A stretch of DNA of 64,000 nt, from contig NC_045723.1 in NCBI RefSeq assembly GCF_009834535.1, positions 3,472,001 through 3,536,000 of the forward strand, given 5' to 3'. This stretch comes from Camelus ferus. Lineage: Eukaryota. The notes below the pieces were generated by a model that saw only the letters and a list, made by a program, of their open reading frames with translations, made no database searches and was not told the origin of the DNA. This document shows, piece after piece, positions 62,601-64,000 of the stretch. A program made the translations under genes and the position numbers. Every line of letters begins with the position of its first letter. The first letter of the stretch is position 1.

Positions 62601-63669
62601 GATGATACCATCCTACAGCCTCTCAGCCTGAGATCAAAACTCAGGAGAAGAGCTTACAGTGTGAGTCTTGCCAGGCCTTTTCAAATTTTCCCAAATCACT
62701 TAGTGACCTCTGGCCTAAATAAAAGAAGAGCTTGCCAGTGGCTGAATAGAGGAAGTTAAGGCCCTTTTCCTACTTTTTATCAAAGCTTAAAATGGTTTCT
62801 TTTTGGATCAGCCTTTTATTCTGTCAGTGTGTTTCTGGGAGCTGTGGCAGTTTGCATGGATATCAAAGGGAACAGACAATGTGGTCTAGATAGAATTAAG
62901 GGGGGAAAAAAAAAAACCAGAGGATGTTAAAGTCCTGGAAGGAAATATAGGTTGCTCTTAGTGTCTGGTGTGCAGTCATCATCCTGGAATCTCCCTTCAC
63001 CATGACCTTGGGGACTCTTTACTCTTTGAATGTCGGGTCTCCCGTTTCAGCATCTTCCTTTTTCTTGGTTAATTTCCTTTTTTTTTTTTTTTTTTTCCAG
63101 TAGAGCGAGCATCCCCCAGTGGCTTTGCCCTCATTTTTGGAGGTATTGGGTGCTGTCAGGGTCTGAACCTTTCAGGCTTTTGTGGTGTAAGTCTAGTTAC
63201 TTCTTAGCTTTTCCCACTTACAGCTTACACTTCAGCTTGTCTAGTATGTCAGGTCAGTCCTAAGTAGTTCTCAGTCCCTTTACCTCCCAGTTTCCAGAAT
63301 TTGTTTTGCCCTTCCCCTCTGTGTGGGTTTATGTCTTAAAAATTCTTTTTCTTTTGTTTTAGTAGGGTGGAGGGAGGGAGAAAATAAACGTGAAGGTCCA
63401 GGCTGCCACCTTTCCTGGTTTATTTAGTACTCTCCTGTAGTTACACGTTTCTCTAAGCTGCTTCAACTTCTTTTTGAAACAAAAGGGAATGGATGAGTGA
63501 CTGGATAGAGGATAGACCCGAATGGGCCTCTGGCCTTAGCCTCTTTGGCTGTCTCAGGTCAGAAGTCAGTGGGCCTTTCCTGCCAGCCCGAAGCATGCTA
63601 TAGCAGAATGGGTTAACATGCTGATTAATTGTCAGGGTCTTTAAAAATGGGTAGGAGAGGGGGCAAGTA

Positions 63670-63887
63670 CAGTTAACCCTTGAACAACATAAGGGACCCT
63701 GACCCTCTCAGCAGTTGAAAATCCACATATAATTTGTATAATTTATAATCAGTCCTCTGTATCTGTGGGTCCACATCGTGGATTTAACCAACCCCGATCG
63801 TGTAGCACTGTAGTATTTACTATTGAAAAAAATCCACATATAAGTGGACCCTTGCAGTTCAAACTCATGCTGTTCAAGAGTCAACTG
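63670..63887. mobile_element. Tigger2/MER8-like Tc1-mariner MITE
   Basis: Terminal inverted repeats cagttaacccttgaacaacat / atgctgttcaagagtcaactg, flanked by TA on both sides (63668-63669, 63888-63889). Confidence 0.88.
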
Positions 63888-64000
63888 TACAATGAAGTGG
63901 AGTCTTGCACTAAGACTTGATTTGTTGGAAAGGGAGGAAGGGCTTGAGGTGCATGGGAGCAGTGACCCCGAGTTCCCGTCTGCTAATAAGGAGGCTTTTC

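Overview
Mammalian genomic DNA, probably camelid (inferred from tRNA-Ala-derived SINEs and the absence of recognisable Alu, B1, Bov-tA or PRE1). It matches the conserved NCAPH - ITPRIPL1 - SNRNP200 - CIAO1 - TMEM127 block. In order: first coding exon and promoter of NCAPH (-); the single-exon CDS of ITPRIPL1 (-, 548 aa, Mab-21/cGAS-like fold); about 13 kb of repeat-dense intergenic DNA with nested transposon fossils; SNRNP200/Brr2 (+, 44 of 45 coding exons visible, exon 44 inferred to lie in an N gap); complete CIAO1 (-, 7 exons, 339 aa); a bidirectional CpG promoter; and the 5' part of TMEM127 (+, start codon inferred to lie in a second N gap). I found no convincing new gene or new system. 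The best leads are regulatory: a splice-junction-created uORF overlapping the ITPRIPL1 start, two stop-free 3n introns in SNRNP200, a degenerate cGAS-like active site in ITPRIPL1, a CDE/CHR element in the NCAPH promoter, paired ZNF143/THAP11 motifs in the CIAO1/TMEM127 promoter, and an upstream ATG in TMEM127. Gene identities and repeat families were recognised by eye from memory, not by database search; repeat boundaries are approximate.
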